A stretch of 63,461 bases of DNA, filler included, from Caldilineae bacterium (GCA_037446815.1; 5 parts of 5 records of this genome joined end to end with filler, not necessarily neighbours in it), one strand, 5' to 3'. Counted from the whole stretch's first letter, positions 9,912-18,645 are shown. Numbers and translations are program-made. Notes: a model not told the origin generated them from the letters alone.

Positions 9912-11072
9912 ATGGACAGAAACTCGCTGAAAATCATCGGCTTCGTCCTGATGATCGTCGTCGGCGCCTCGTCGGTGTTCATGCCCGTGCTGGTTGTGGC
10001 GATCCTGGCGCTGATCGCGGCCTACAATGCCTTGCCCATCGGCGAGATGTCGGGCCTTTGGGCGGGGCTGGCCGGCCTCAGCGCGCTCCTCGGCGGCTGG
10101 TTCATCGTCCAGGGCGTCCAGGGCCTTCGCGGACGGCCCTCCGCCCCGTTCTACATCGCCCGCCCGTGGCTGTGGGTTGCGCTCCTTGTCCTGACGCTCG
10201 GCCTCATCGCTGTGGCGAGCGACGCCGCGGCCATCGGGGGAGTGGCCCAGGTGCTAGGGGCGCTCCTGCCGGGAATTGCGCTCCTGGCCTTCGCGAGCCA
10301 GGGACTGGCCTTTGCAGCCGGCCCCGCAACCTGGCGACAAATCGCCGCCCAGGTCAGCGCGACGCTCACCGTTTCGCTGGGGTGGAGCATCTTCTTGGAA
10401 ATCGTCGCGCTGGCGGGACTGGCATTCGCCGTCGGCGTCGTCCTGAGCCTTCTGCCCGATGGCCTGAGCACGCTGGAACAGTTGCAGGAACAATTCGCCG
10501 ACCCCTCCGGCCTCATTGGCACAGACATCTGGAGCAACCCTGGGGTGCTTGCGTTTTTCCTGGTGCTCATGGCGGGTCTGGTACCGCCCATTGAGGAGAT
10601 AGGCAAACTCCTGGCGGTGGGGATGCTTGCGCTGGCGCACCGTCCCAGCCGCGCCCAGGCCCTGATGTGGGGCATCGCGTGCGGCGTAACCTTCAGCGTC
10701 TACGAGGCGGCCTTCGCCAACCCCTACCCGGGCGTCGGCGCGGTCGTCCTGGCCCTGCGCGTGGGGGCGATGCTCATCCACGCGACGACGGCGGCGCTGA
10801 CGGCGTGGGGGCTGTGGGAGTGGCTGGCCCGGCGGAAGCCCGGCTTCCTGGCCCTGGGCCTGGCCCTTGCCATCGCGCTCCACGGCGCATGGAACGTCGT
10901 GGCGATCTTGTGGGTCGCGCTGCAGGCCACCACAGGCTCGCCGTGGCTCATCGGGCTAATCGCCGCGCCCTTCCTGGCCCTCAGCGTCGGGGCAGCCGGT
11001 GTTCTGGCGCGGGTGTTGGAACCTTCGCAGTTGGTACACGTCTTGCACATAGAACGAGGTGAGGACACATGA
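9912..11072 (+). CDS. PrsW-family intramembrane glutamic/metalloprotease
   Basis: Multi-TM; PPIEEIGK, FSVYE, MLIHA, LHGAWN motifs. Confidence 0.8.
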   Translation: MDRNSLKIIGFVLMIVVGASSVFMPVLVVAILALIAAYNALPIGEMSGLWAGLAGLSALLGGWFIVQGVQGLRGRPSAPFYIARPWLWVALLVLTLGLIAVASDAAAIGGVAQVLGALLPGIALLAFASQGLAFAAGPATWRQIAAQVSATLTVSLGWSIFLEIVALAGLAFAVGVVLSLLPDGLSTLEQLQEQFADPSGLIGTDIWSNPGVLAFFLVLMAGLVPPIEEIGKLLAVGMLALAHRPSRAQALMWGIACGVTFSVYEAAFANPYPGVGAVVLALRVGAMLIHATTAALTAWGLWEWLARRKPGFLALGLALAIALHGAWNVVAILWVALQATTGSPWLIGLIAAPFLALSVGAAGVLARVLEPSQLVHVLHIERGEDT

Positions 11073-11944
11073 TTTGGCTTCTCATCGGACTGGTCGTTGT
11101 CATCGTTCTCATCGCCGCAGCCGCGTGGTACGCATCCGAGCAGATTGTGCGGCGCAGGCGACCGGACAAGACGGCAAGCCCGTCGGAGTACGGACTGGAG
11201 TACGAGGACGTTACCTTTACAAGCGAGGATGGCATTCCCTTGCGGGGCTGGCTGATTCCGGCCAGCGATGCGGCGCGCGCCGTCATCTTCCTGCACGGGC
11301 ACGCGGGAAGCATGGATCCGGACCTGAAGTACGCGCCCTGGTTCCACGAGCGCGACATCACGGTGCTCATGTTTGACTTCCGCGGCCACGGGCGCAGCGG
11401 CGGCAAGCACGTAAGCATGGGATACTTTGAGCGGCGCGACCTGCTCGCCGCCGAGAGGTTCCTGCAGGGCCGAGGGTACGACCGCATCGGCGTGCTGGGC
11501 TTCTCCATGGGCGGGGCCGTGGCCATCAGCGGGACGCCGCTCTCCCAGAACATTCGCGCCGTCGCCGCCGACGGGGCCTTCGTCTGGCTGCGGGATGCCA
11601 TCTACGAGGGGATGCGCGAGCGCGGGATTCCGGGCGCGCTGGCGAAACGCCTGGCATTCCTGGCCGTCAAGTTGGCCGGCTGGAGGCTCGGCGCCGACCT
11701 GGAGGAGGCCGACCCCGGACTGTGGGCCGGCAAGATCGCGCCCCGGGCGCTGCTCCTCATCCACGGCGAGCAGGACCCGTACACATCCACCGAGGAGGTG
11801 CGGGCCATGTTCGCCGCCGCTGACGACCCGAAGGAACTATGGATTGTGCCCGACGCCGGGCATCGGAACGTAGATGAGGTGGAGCCGCAGGCTTACAAGG
11901 AGAAGGTCGTGGGGTTCTTTGAGCGCTATCTCGCAGGAGGATAG
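11069..11944 (+). CDS. Membrane-anchored alpha/beta hydrolase
   Basis: N-terminal TM; DFRGHGRS, GFSMG nucleophile, IHGEQD, AGH. Confidence 0.9.
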   Translation: MIWLLIGLVVVIVLIAAAAWYASEQIVRRRRPDKTASPSEYGLEYEDVTFTSEDGIPLRGWLIPASDAARAVIFLHGHAGSMDPDLKYAPWFHERDITVLMFDFRGHGRSGGKHVSMGYFERRDLLAAERFLQGRGYDRIGVLGFSMGGAVAISGTPLSQNIRAVAADGAFVWLRDAIYEGMRERGIPGALAKRLAFLAVKLAGWRLGADLEEADPGLWAGKIAPRALLLIHGEQDPYTSTEEVRAMFAAADDPKELWIVPDAGHRNVDEVEPQAYKEKVVGFFERYLAGG

Positions 11945-11978
11945 GCCATAACGCGCGGTTGCGCGGGGAGGAAGCAAC

Positions 11979-12650
11979 ATGAGAAAGTGGGCTGTGTTGA
12001 TGCTCATCCTGAGTGTCGTCCTGACACCCGGATGCAAGCCCGCTGCCGCAGACCAACTGACCTACGTGGCCCCATACGAGATGGGTGTGGACGTCGGCGA
12101 ATATCTGCCCGGCACCGGCATCCGCTATGTGGGCCTGACCGACACGGGCGCGCACTTGACCATTGACGGGCAGGACGCCTACAAGCAGAAGGGCGACTCG
12201 CTGAACTGGTCCGGCAAGCCCGTGGAGAACGCCAAGATGGACTTCTCGGGGCGCATCGTCTGGTACACCGAGACGACATGCCACATCCTCGGCTCGGCGA
12301 CGCTCACGATCGCCAAGCCCGCGCCGCAGGCCGTGCCCAACATCCCAGACGCTCCCCTGCGCTATCGGGCCATCGTTACCTACACCGTGGACAAGGGGAA
12401 GAAAATCCCAGGCTCGCTGGTCGTGTACAGGGGCAAGGCCGACAAGGGGGCCGAACTGGACGGCGTGGAAGGGTATCCGTACCGCAAGGCCGGCGATTCC
12501 ATCGTCTGGCAGGGCAAACTCAAGGACGGCGTGTACGTGATCGTCAACGTGCGCGTAGTGTTCTACACGAACTCCGTCCTGCAAGTGGCTGGCACAACGG
12601 AGGTGATATTGGTCCCGCCTGGCGCCGCGGGCAGTGGGTTTCAGGAATAG
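11979..12650 (+). CDS. Hypothetical lipoprotein with an internal two-fold repeat
   Basis: SD GGAGG, signal peptide ending LTPGC; KQKGDSLNWSG and RKAGDSIVWQG repeat. Confidence 0.7.
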   Translation: MRKWAVLMLILSVVLTPGCKPAAADQLTYVAPYEMGVDVGEYLPGTGIRYVGLTDTGAHLTIDGQDAYKQKGDSLNWSGKPVENAKMDFSGRIVWYTETTCHILGSATLTIAKPAPQAVPNIPDAPLRYRAIVTYTVDKGKKIPGSLVVYRGKADKGAELDGVEGYPYRKAGDSIVWQGKLKDGVYVIVNVRVVFYTNSVLQVAGTTEVILVPPGAAGSGFQE

Positions 12651-12655
12651 CCACG

Positions 12656-12747
12656 AGCGGTCAGCCAGCAGCCGTCAGCATTCAGGCATCAGCCGCCAGC
12701 GGTATGCTAGCGTTCTCCTGACCGCCGAATGCTGATGGCTGACCGCT
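12656..12747. repeat. Heptamer tandem repeat (AGCNRTC-like x7) followed by inverted copies (x4)
   Basis: agcggtc agccagc agccgtc agcattc aggcatc agccgcc agcggta ... ctgaccg ccgaatg ctgatgg ctgaccg. Confidence 0.75.
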
Positions 12748-12805
12748 AGCACGTCTCAAACCGCGGGGGCGGATGGGATAGGCTCCGCCGGCCCGCGTAT
12801 GAGAG

Positions 12806-12838
12806 AAAGGGCACTCCCACCGGTGCCCTTTTGTTTTT
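12806..12838 (+). terminator. Intrinsic terminator
   Basis: AAAGGGCAC-loop-GTGCCCTTT followed by TGTTTTT. Confidence 0.75.
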
Positions 12839-12879
12839 CGCGTGCCGGGATGCCCCCGCGCGCGTGTGGATATGCGCGT

Positions 12880-12979
12880 NNNNNNNNNNNNNNNNNNNNN
12901 NNNNNNNNNNNNNNNNNNNNNNNTTAATTAATTAANNNNNNNNNNNNNNNNNNNNNNNNNNNNNNNNNNNNNNNNNNNN
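12880..12979. other. Artificial contig linker
   Basis: 100 nt: N-run, TTAATTAATTAA, N-run. Confidence 0.99.
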
Positions 12980-13092
12980 ACGCGCGACCTGTACGCTCGG
13001 CTGACCGCCCAGGGCGAGTGATTTCACCCGCTCGTAACACTCTGCGCAGGCGCGTGCCCCCGCGCAGATGCCTACACCGAGTTACCTCATAG

Positions 13093-13198
13093 GAAACCTT
13101 GACGTATCTCCCCTCCGTGTGAGCCTCATGTGAGTGCCATGTGAGTACCCCTGTGCTATAGTGGAGCCAGAAACACGACAGCACAGGAGGAAGTAGCC
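13093..13198 (+). promoter_or_regulatory. Promoter/leader copy 1 with three 11-bp-phased TGTGAG repeats, extended -10 and SD
   Basis: TGTGAG at 13118, 13129, 13140; TGcTATAGT with hexamer 13157-13162; AGGAGG; near-identical to 14868-14972. Confidence 0.7.
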
Positions 13199-14026
13199 AT
13201 AAAGACCCTGTTCGCCAAACTCGCCGATCCCCGCTGCATTCAGGTGGCGCGGCTGACCGCAACAGTGATACTGATACTGGCATTCACAACGCAGAGTGCG
13301 GCCAATGGAAGGGAACCGCAGTTCATCAATGGCGTCCTATCACCCATTTGCTTCCCCGTAGGGCCAGATGCACTAGACCTGGGAGTGACAGGCTATGATT
13401 GCGGGCGAGAGCCAGACGGAAGTGTGGTCGTTCTCTTTGCGCATCGGGATACGCATCGGAGCGGGAAGATTCGAATCCGCAGGTCCACTGACAGAAAGGA
13501 AGTCCTCCTGGAACTCGTGCGAGAAGGGAAATCTGCGCTTCTGATACACTGGAATCCGGCCGGCATCGACGTTTGGCTGCAAGACGCCAACGGCCGAGGG
13601 GGGCAGTTTGTGTACGATGAGCGAGCCCGTGGATGGAAACCTGTTACCGAGGGCGCGCAATCGGTCCTGTGCGCGAACCAGGAAGATGCCAAGATAGTGG
13701 CGGCCGTGTATGGCGACCTCCAGGCGCGTTCCGTTGGTCAAATTATCCAAGGATTGGTATTATGGAAGCCCCTTGCCTTGGTCGGAGACCGCGCTGGTAA
13801 CGAGGTCTACTGTCCGTGCACAGGGCCTTGGTCTCGCGGTGATGCGGTACATACCACTAGGTCAGGCTGTTGCTACGATGCAACCAATGATGTGAATGTA
13901 AGATGTTGGAATCAGTGGTGCATTGGGTGCTGCCAGCTCGGAGACTGTGATGCTGCATGTCTGGTTGATGACTACTTTTGCGTGTGCGGGCGCTCTGGCA
14001 GAGAGTGCGGCGGGGCTTGCCATTGA
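13199..14026 (+). CDS. Secreted protein with Cys-rich C-terminus; start is a mutated ATA at 13199 or GTG at 13244
   Basis: In-frame (I)KTLFAKLADPR leader shared with the peptides at 14973 and 15135; hydrophobic signal ending QSAA; 14 Cys in the last ~73 aa. Confidence 0.65.
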   Translation: MKTLFAKLADPRCIQVARLTATVILILAFTTQSAANGREPQFINGVLSPICFPVGPDALDLGVTGYDCGREPDGSVVVLFAHRDTHRSGKIRIRRSTDRKEVLLELVREGKSALLIHWNPAGIDVWLQDANGRGGQFVYDERARGWKPVTEGAQSVLCANQEDAKIVAAVYGDLQARSVGQIIQGLVLWKPLALVGDRAGNEVYCPCTGPWSRGDAVHTTRSGCCYDATNDVNVRCWNQWCIGCCQLGDCDAACLVDDYFCVCGRSGRECGGACH

Positions 14027-14316
14027 CTCTGCCCTTCGCAGCGGGCAAGACTGTGTGGATGTATGACAGTCTGAGCAGGTTAGCGCGGTCGGCGAATGAG
14101 GAGAGCCGTGGGATGACCTTCGCAGAGGTGCAGCAGGGCGCTCCCCGTAATCAGGCTACAAACGGATCTCTGTCAGCCGCTGCTTGATGTGCCCGACGTT
14201 GGCGATGCTCGTCGGGTCCCGGCCGTGCAGCAGCACGCCAGTCGGTGCTCTTTACGGCTTCTATCCCGGCGAATGCGCAAGGATATAGAATGCAGAACAT
14301 GGAGGAGTGATGCACG

Positions 14317-14535
14317 ATGCCGCAGATTACTCTTACCGAGTTTGCAGTGCTGTTTGCAGTAGTGGCGCAGACAGCCTTTTGGGTATGGATGCTAGTAGAA
14401 GTACTGACCCGGGAGACGGATTCCCGACAGAGAGTACTGTGGAGCATCGCGATCGTGCTCGGGCAGGGGCTTGGCGCTCTGCTTTACTTCGCTTTTAGGC
14501 GGCCGTTGGCCAGCAAGAAGCGATCTGATCCCTAG
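14317..14535 (+). CDS. Small two-TM protein, PLDc_N (cardiolipin synthase N-terminal)-like
   Basis: FWVWMLVEVL...RVLWSIAIVLGQGLGALLYFAFRR pattern; SD GGAGGAG. Confidence 0.75.
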   Translation: MPQITLTEFAVLFAVVAQTAFWVWMLVEVLTRETDSRQRVLWSIAIVLGQGLGALLYFAFRRPLASKKRSDP

Positions 14536-14867
14536 GGCGCGAGTCTGCGATGGTCTGAGATGAGGCATTCAGCACGGCGAAAGGATCTCGGACGGCGGGT
14601 GTCCACGTTGCATGGGTTGGGGCTTCTCCTGCTTCTAGGCCCGGTTCTTCCGTTTGTTCAGTTGGCGCCCCTTCGTTTCTTGCCTTGTAGCACATCTCCC
14701 AACTCGTTTCTATGGCACGCCAGCGCCTTTGCCGTTGTTCTTGGCAGTGTGGGACTCATCCGGAGATAGACGGCCACTGCCGGCTCTTGCTCCAACGCTG
14801 CTTCCAAGTCTCTGGTCCACGTCTACGGTCCCCGCACGCCCTTCGCAAGGAGTTCGCTTTACATTAA

Positions 14868-14972
14868 GAAACCTTAACGTATCCCCTCTCTGTGTGAGCC
14901 TCATGTGAGTGCCATGTGAGTACCCCTGTGCTACAGTGAAGCCAGAAACACGACAGCACAGGAGGAAGTGCC
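14868..14972 (+). promoter_or_regulatory. Promoter/leader copy 2 with three 11-bp-phased TGTGAG repeats
   Basis: TGTGAG at 14893, 14904, 14915; TGcTACAGT with hexamer 14932-14937; SD AGGAGG. Confidence 0.7.
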
Positions 14973-15098
14973 ATGAAGACCCTGTTCGCCAAACTCGCCG
15001 ATCCCCGCTACGCCAAGGTTGCGTGGGTTGTGCTTGGACTCATCGGGCTCATCATCGCGGGCGGCGCGCCCACCGGCCCCAGCGGCCCCGGCGCCTAG
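14973..15098 (+). CDS. 41-aa peptide, copy 1: MKTLFAKLADPRYAKVAWVVLGLIGLIIAGGAPTGPSGPGA
   Basis: AGGAGG SD 7 nt before ATG, GC3-rich codons, TAG stop; below the ORF-track length cutoff. Confidence 0.85.
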   Translation: MKTLFAKLADPRYAKVAWVVLGLIGLIIAGGAPTGPSGPGA

Positions 15099-15134
15099 TC
15101 CCACCGACACAGAACGCTCACAGGAGGAAGTGCC

Positions 15135-15260
15135 ATGAAGACCCTGTTCGCCAAACTCGCCGATCCCCGCTACGCCAAGGTTGCGTGGGTTGTGCTTGGA
15201 CTCATCGGGCTCATCATCGCGGGCGGCGCGCCCACCGGCCCCAGCGGCCCCGGCGCCTAG
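15135..15260 (+). CDS. 41-aa peptide, identical copy 2
   Basis: 14957-15103 matches 15119-15265 (period 162), including the SD. Confidence 0.85.
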   Translation: MKTLFAKLADPRYAKVAWVVLGLIGLIIAGGAPTGPSGPGA

Positions 15261-15555
15261 TCCCAGAACCCATACCGATTCCCAGCCGCCGCAGCATCTT
15301 GTGCGGCGATCCTCCCGATAGGGGGCAACGGAATCTGCTTGAGGTGGCCTTTCGGAAGGTGCCAGGGAACGCCGTCCGGGCCGCCGAGTTGGACGCGGTT
15401 GGTCGGCCAGATTTCATCTCAAAGCAGCGATCATTGCAGGCCTCGCGGGTTCGCACGATTCTGAGGCTTCCAATACGACACAGCGTCGCAAGCGGTTTGC
15501 CTGCGCCCCCTATCGTTTTGCATACGCGGATGGTACCAAGACGAAGGAGAACGAA

Positions 15556-15786
15556 ATGACTGCGGAACTCTTGAACGTGCTCGTGGGCGCGGCGGTAACG
15601 GATGGCGAATTCTGCCAGACCCTGCTGAGCAACCCGGGTCGGGCCGCGCGGCAGTTCGGCCTTGCGCCCGAGGACGTGGAAGTGGTGTCCAAGATTCGCG
15701 CGCGCTCGCTGGCCGAGTTTGCGGGGCAGTTGCTCCTCTGGATGCCGACCGAGCCCAGGGAATCCCGATACGCCCGAATGCAATAG
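15556..15786 (+). CDS. Small NHLP-clan (Os1348/Franean1_4349-like) protein
   Basis: LNVLVGAAVTDGEFCQTLLSNPGRAARQFGL resembles the A..D..FR..LL.DP nitrile-hydratase-leader pattern; SD AAGGAG. Confidence 0.65.
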   Translation: MTAELLNVLVGAAVTDGEFCQTLLSNPGRAARQFGLAPEDVEVVSKIRARSLAEFAGQLLLWMPTEPRESRYARMQ

Positions 15787-15873
15787 CGCGCCTGCCGGTA
15801 CAAGTCGGCCAGGCACACCGTTCTGTACGTACGCAGCCTGCTGCGGCATGTCCGTGGCAGGCTGTTGTTGTTG

Positions 15874-15942
15874 CACCGCAGAGACAGAGAGCACGCAGAG
15901 AAAAAATCAGAATTCCTCCGCGCCCTCTCCGTCTCTGCGGTG
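15874..15942. repeat. Inverted repeat of CACCGCAGAG type between convergent genes
   Basis: CACCGCAGAGAC...GTCTCTGCGGTG. Confidence 0.7.
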
Positions 15943-15976
15943 CAATGAGCGTTCTCCGCGGTGAACGTGAGCGCGG

Positions 15977-17884
15977 CTAATCCCCGCCGGGCCGAGCCAG
16001 TTCGTACACGTGCACCCTGTCTTGCAGGATAGGATTCACGGCCAGATTGCCGCGGATGATCCCGCTCACCGTTTCGCCCAGCCACTTGGGGGACTCCTCA
16101 ACCACCGCGATTTCGCGCAAGCGGCCGTCGCGCAGGATGCCGGCCTGCACCGTGGCCCAGGTCTGGCCGCGCGCGTCGCCCCAGCCCGCGTCGTAACTGC
16201 GCTCGCCCACGAGAACGTGCGTGACGCCCCACGACTGGAGCAGCGAAATGCACTCCGGCTCGGGGAAGCGCGCCAGCACGTCGCCATAGGCCATGTACGC
16301 GGTTGTGTAGAACGTGCCGTGGCCGTAGGCGATTCGCCGGCCGTGGAGCGCGGAGCGGTACAGCGCATCGCCGTTCCAGGCGGCCACCAGCGGAAACCGC
16401 ATGAGCACCGCATCCTCGGGCAGCGCGGACAGATACTGCTCCAGCGGGCCGGGCGTTGTGGCGGAAAAGCCGAAGGGCATGGGTACCACCGCAAACTCCA
16501 CGAGCACCAGCGCGATGAGCGCGCCTGCCAAGACCCTGCGCGCCGCGCGCCCCCCTCTCAGCGCGGACGCCAACCCCATCCCGCCCAGCACGGCCACGCC
16601 GAACGTGGTGATAAGGCCGAAGCGGTACAGCGTGCGCAACGCGCTGCCGAAGGGCACGAACAGATAGACCAGCAGCGCGGGCAGGGGAATAGGGATCGCG
16701 CCCGGACGGTGGAGCGAGTAGTACGACACGGGATTGATGGCCAGGCGCTCGGTGAGGAAATGCATGGCGCGGGCGAACAGGCGGTCCACGCCGTCAGGCA
16801 CGGGTACGTAGAGGCGTGTCCCGCCCACGTGGAGGGTCGTGCCCAGGGCCATGACGAAGGCGACGAGCGTGATGAGCGCCAGGCCCGACACGACCCGCCC
16901 CGCGCGCCGCCGCCACGCGATCCACGCCAGGGCGAGCGGCACGAACCCCACGAACACGAATCCAGGCGCATACCACGGGTACGCGGGGACATCCGCGCGA
17001 TGCTCCAGGAACCGGCGCCCCCACAGCGGATGGTAGACGTTGGGGTAGACGAAATCCTCCAGGCTGGCGGACCACTTCTCCGTCTCTGCAAGCGACCAGG
17101 TCATGCCGTTCTGGGCGTGTTGCAGCGCGGGGATCGCTGCTGGCAATACCAGGACAACCGTAACCGCCGCCATCAGCGCCAGGTGGCCCCACACCCGGCG
17201 GCCGGCCAGGTTCGCCTTCCACGGCCATAGTCGCCACAGCAGGTAGATGGCCAATGACAGGCCGACGATGTAGGCGTAGTACCACGAGGACAGCGCGTTG
17301 AGGGCCAGGAAGCACCCCGCGAGGGCGGCGTCCCGCGCACGTCGCCCCCGAAGCCACCGTTCCATGAACAGAAACAGGAGCGGCAGCCACTGCGTGGCGA
17401 TGAGTGGGAGCCAGCCCGCGGCCATGGCGCCGATGCGGTACGGCGCATAGGTGAAGGCCACGGCGGCGAAGACGCCAGCGGCGCGGCTCCGCGTCAGGTA
17501 CAGGACGAACGCATAGGTCGCCAGGCTCGTCAGGAAGAACGTGAGCAAGACGAACACGTTGTAGGCCACCGTGGGGCTGAAAACCAGCAGGAGCGGCGCC
17601 AGCAGAGCCTTGTTGGCAATCATGGTCTCGGAAAGCGCCAGATTGTAGCCGAACGGGTAGAACATGTTGGGATTGAACAGGAGCGCCGTCTCGCCGGCCA
17701 TCGCGCGCCCCAGATACCACACGTCGTAGAGCCATCCGAGGTTGTCCCACGGCGGGCCGGGCACCGCGCGGTCTATCACCGCAACGAGGGGATAGGTCAT
17801 CGCCACCGGCAGGGCAGCGAAGAGGGCAATCGGGAGTCCGTGCCGACGAACTGACGCCAGGACGCGATTCAGCCCGCGGCCCAT
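15977..17884 (-). CDS. Polytopic membrane protein, probable GT-C-fold (YfhO-like) glycosyltransferase
   Basis: ~12 TMs; MTYPL, NMFYPFGYNLA, AYN, FTYAPYR, SWYY motifs; follows a DPM1-like GT2. Confidence 0.65.
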   Translation of the reverse strand: MGRGLNRVLASVRRHGLPIALFAALPVAMTYPLVAVIDRAVPGPPWDNLGWLYDVWYLGRAMAGETALLFNPNMFYPFGYNLALSETMIANKALLAPLLLVFSPTVAYNVFVLLTFFLTSLATYAFVLYLTRSRAAGVFAAVAFTYAPYRIGAMAAGWLPLIATQWLPLLFLFMERWLRGRRARDAALAGCFLALNALSSWYYAYIVGLSLAIYLLWRLWPWKANLAGRRVWGHLALMAAVTVVLVLPAAIPALQHAQNGMTWSLAETEKWSASLEDFVYPNVYHPLWGRRFLEHRADVPAYPWYAPGFVFVGFVPLALAWIAWRRRAGRVVSGLALITLVAFVMALGTTLHVGGTRLYVPVPDGVDRLFARAMHFLTERLAINPVSYYSLHRPGAIPIPLPALLVYLFVPFGSALRTLYRFGLITTFGVAVLGGMGLASALRGGRAARRVLAGALIALVLVEFAVVPMPFGFSATTPGPLEQYLSALPEDAVLMRFPLVAAWNGDALYRSALHGRRIAYGHGTFYTTAYMAYGDVLARFPEPECISLLQSWGVTHVLVGERSYDAGWGDARGQTWATVQAGILRDGRLREIAVVEESPKWLGETVSGIIRGNLAVNPILQDRVHVYELARPGGD

Positions 17885-17889
17885 CGGCG

Positions 17890-18636
17890 CTACTCCGTAG
17901 CGGAGTTGGCAGGCAACGGCGCGGCTCGCCATCCCGCGGGCACCGGCCTACGTCCTCGCCGCAGGTGGGCAGCCTTCTTACGGAACAGGAACAGCAGGTT
18001 CCGGAACCCATCGCGCCAGAGGTTCAGTTTGCTCTCGCCCACGCGCGGCCGGTAGTAGATGGGGACCTCGGCGCACCGCAGTTCCCTGCGGGTGAATGCC
18101 TCTATCTTGAGTTCCTCGGACAGGGACATGCCGTCGCTGGCGAGGTCTAGAAGCGGCAGGATGTCGCGGCGGAAGACCCACATGCCCGACTGGGAGTCCT
18201 TGATGTAGAACCAGAACAGCGCGGCCTGGACAACGCCGAGAACCCAGTTGCCGAAGACGCGGAGCGCCGTGCCTGACCCGCGCGTTTTGTAGCCCGTGCG
18301 GTCGCAGGTGATGAAGTCCAGGCCGTCTTCCACCAAGACGTCCACCAGCAGGGGGATGAACCCGCGGGGGTAGGTGCCGTCGCCGTCCATGGTAACGATG
18401 ATGTCGCCGGTGGCGCTGCGGAAGCCCGTCTTGTAGGCCGCGCCGTAGCCCTGCTTGGTCTCCACAACCACCCGCGCGCCCAGGCTCCGCGCCACGTCCG
18501 CCGTGCAATCGGTGGAGTTGTTGTCCACGACGATGACCTCGTCCACGCAGGAGGGCATATCGCTGAGCGTGATGGCGACGCCCTCCTCCTCGTTGTAGCA
18601 TGGCATCACGACCGAAATGCGGTGCCCTTTGTACAT
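17890..18636 (-). CDS. GT2 polyprenol-phosphate glycosyltransferase (DPM1-like)
   Basis: VVMPCYNEE, VVDNNSTD, GYGAAYKTG, MDGDGTY, DSQSG, RVGESKL. Confidence 0.9.
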   Translation of the reverse strand: MYKGHRISVVMPCYNEEEGVAITLSDMPSCVDEVIVVDNNSTDCTADVARSLGARVVVETKQGYGAAYKTGFRSATGDIIVTMDGDGTYPRGFIPLLVDVLVEDGLDFITCDRTGYKTRGSGTALRVFGNWVLGVVQAALFWFYIKDSQSGMWVFRRDILPLLDLASDGMSLSEELKIEAFTRRELRCAEVPIYYRPRVGESKLNLWRDGFRNLLFLFRKKAAHLRRGRRPVPAGWRAAPLPANSATE

Positions 18637-18645
18637 GCGCTGCTC

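Noticed and set aside
14560..14769. 69-aa hydrophobic ORF as a second immunity gene
   Set aside because: No SD and no recognisable pattern; cannot be supported from sequence alone.
14957..15265. Possible CRISPR array here or in the REP clusters
   Set aside because: Only two long coding repeats; no constant 25-40-bp repeat with unique regular spacers and no cas genes.
14909..15559. 216-aa ORF with an internal repeat
   Set aside because: Off-frame read-through of the two 41-aa peptide genes, which have the SD sequences and proper codon bias.
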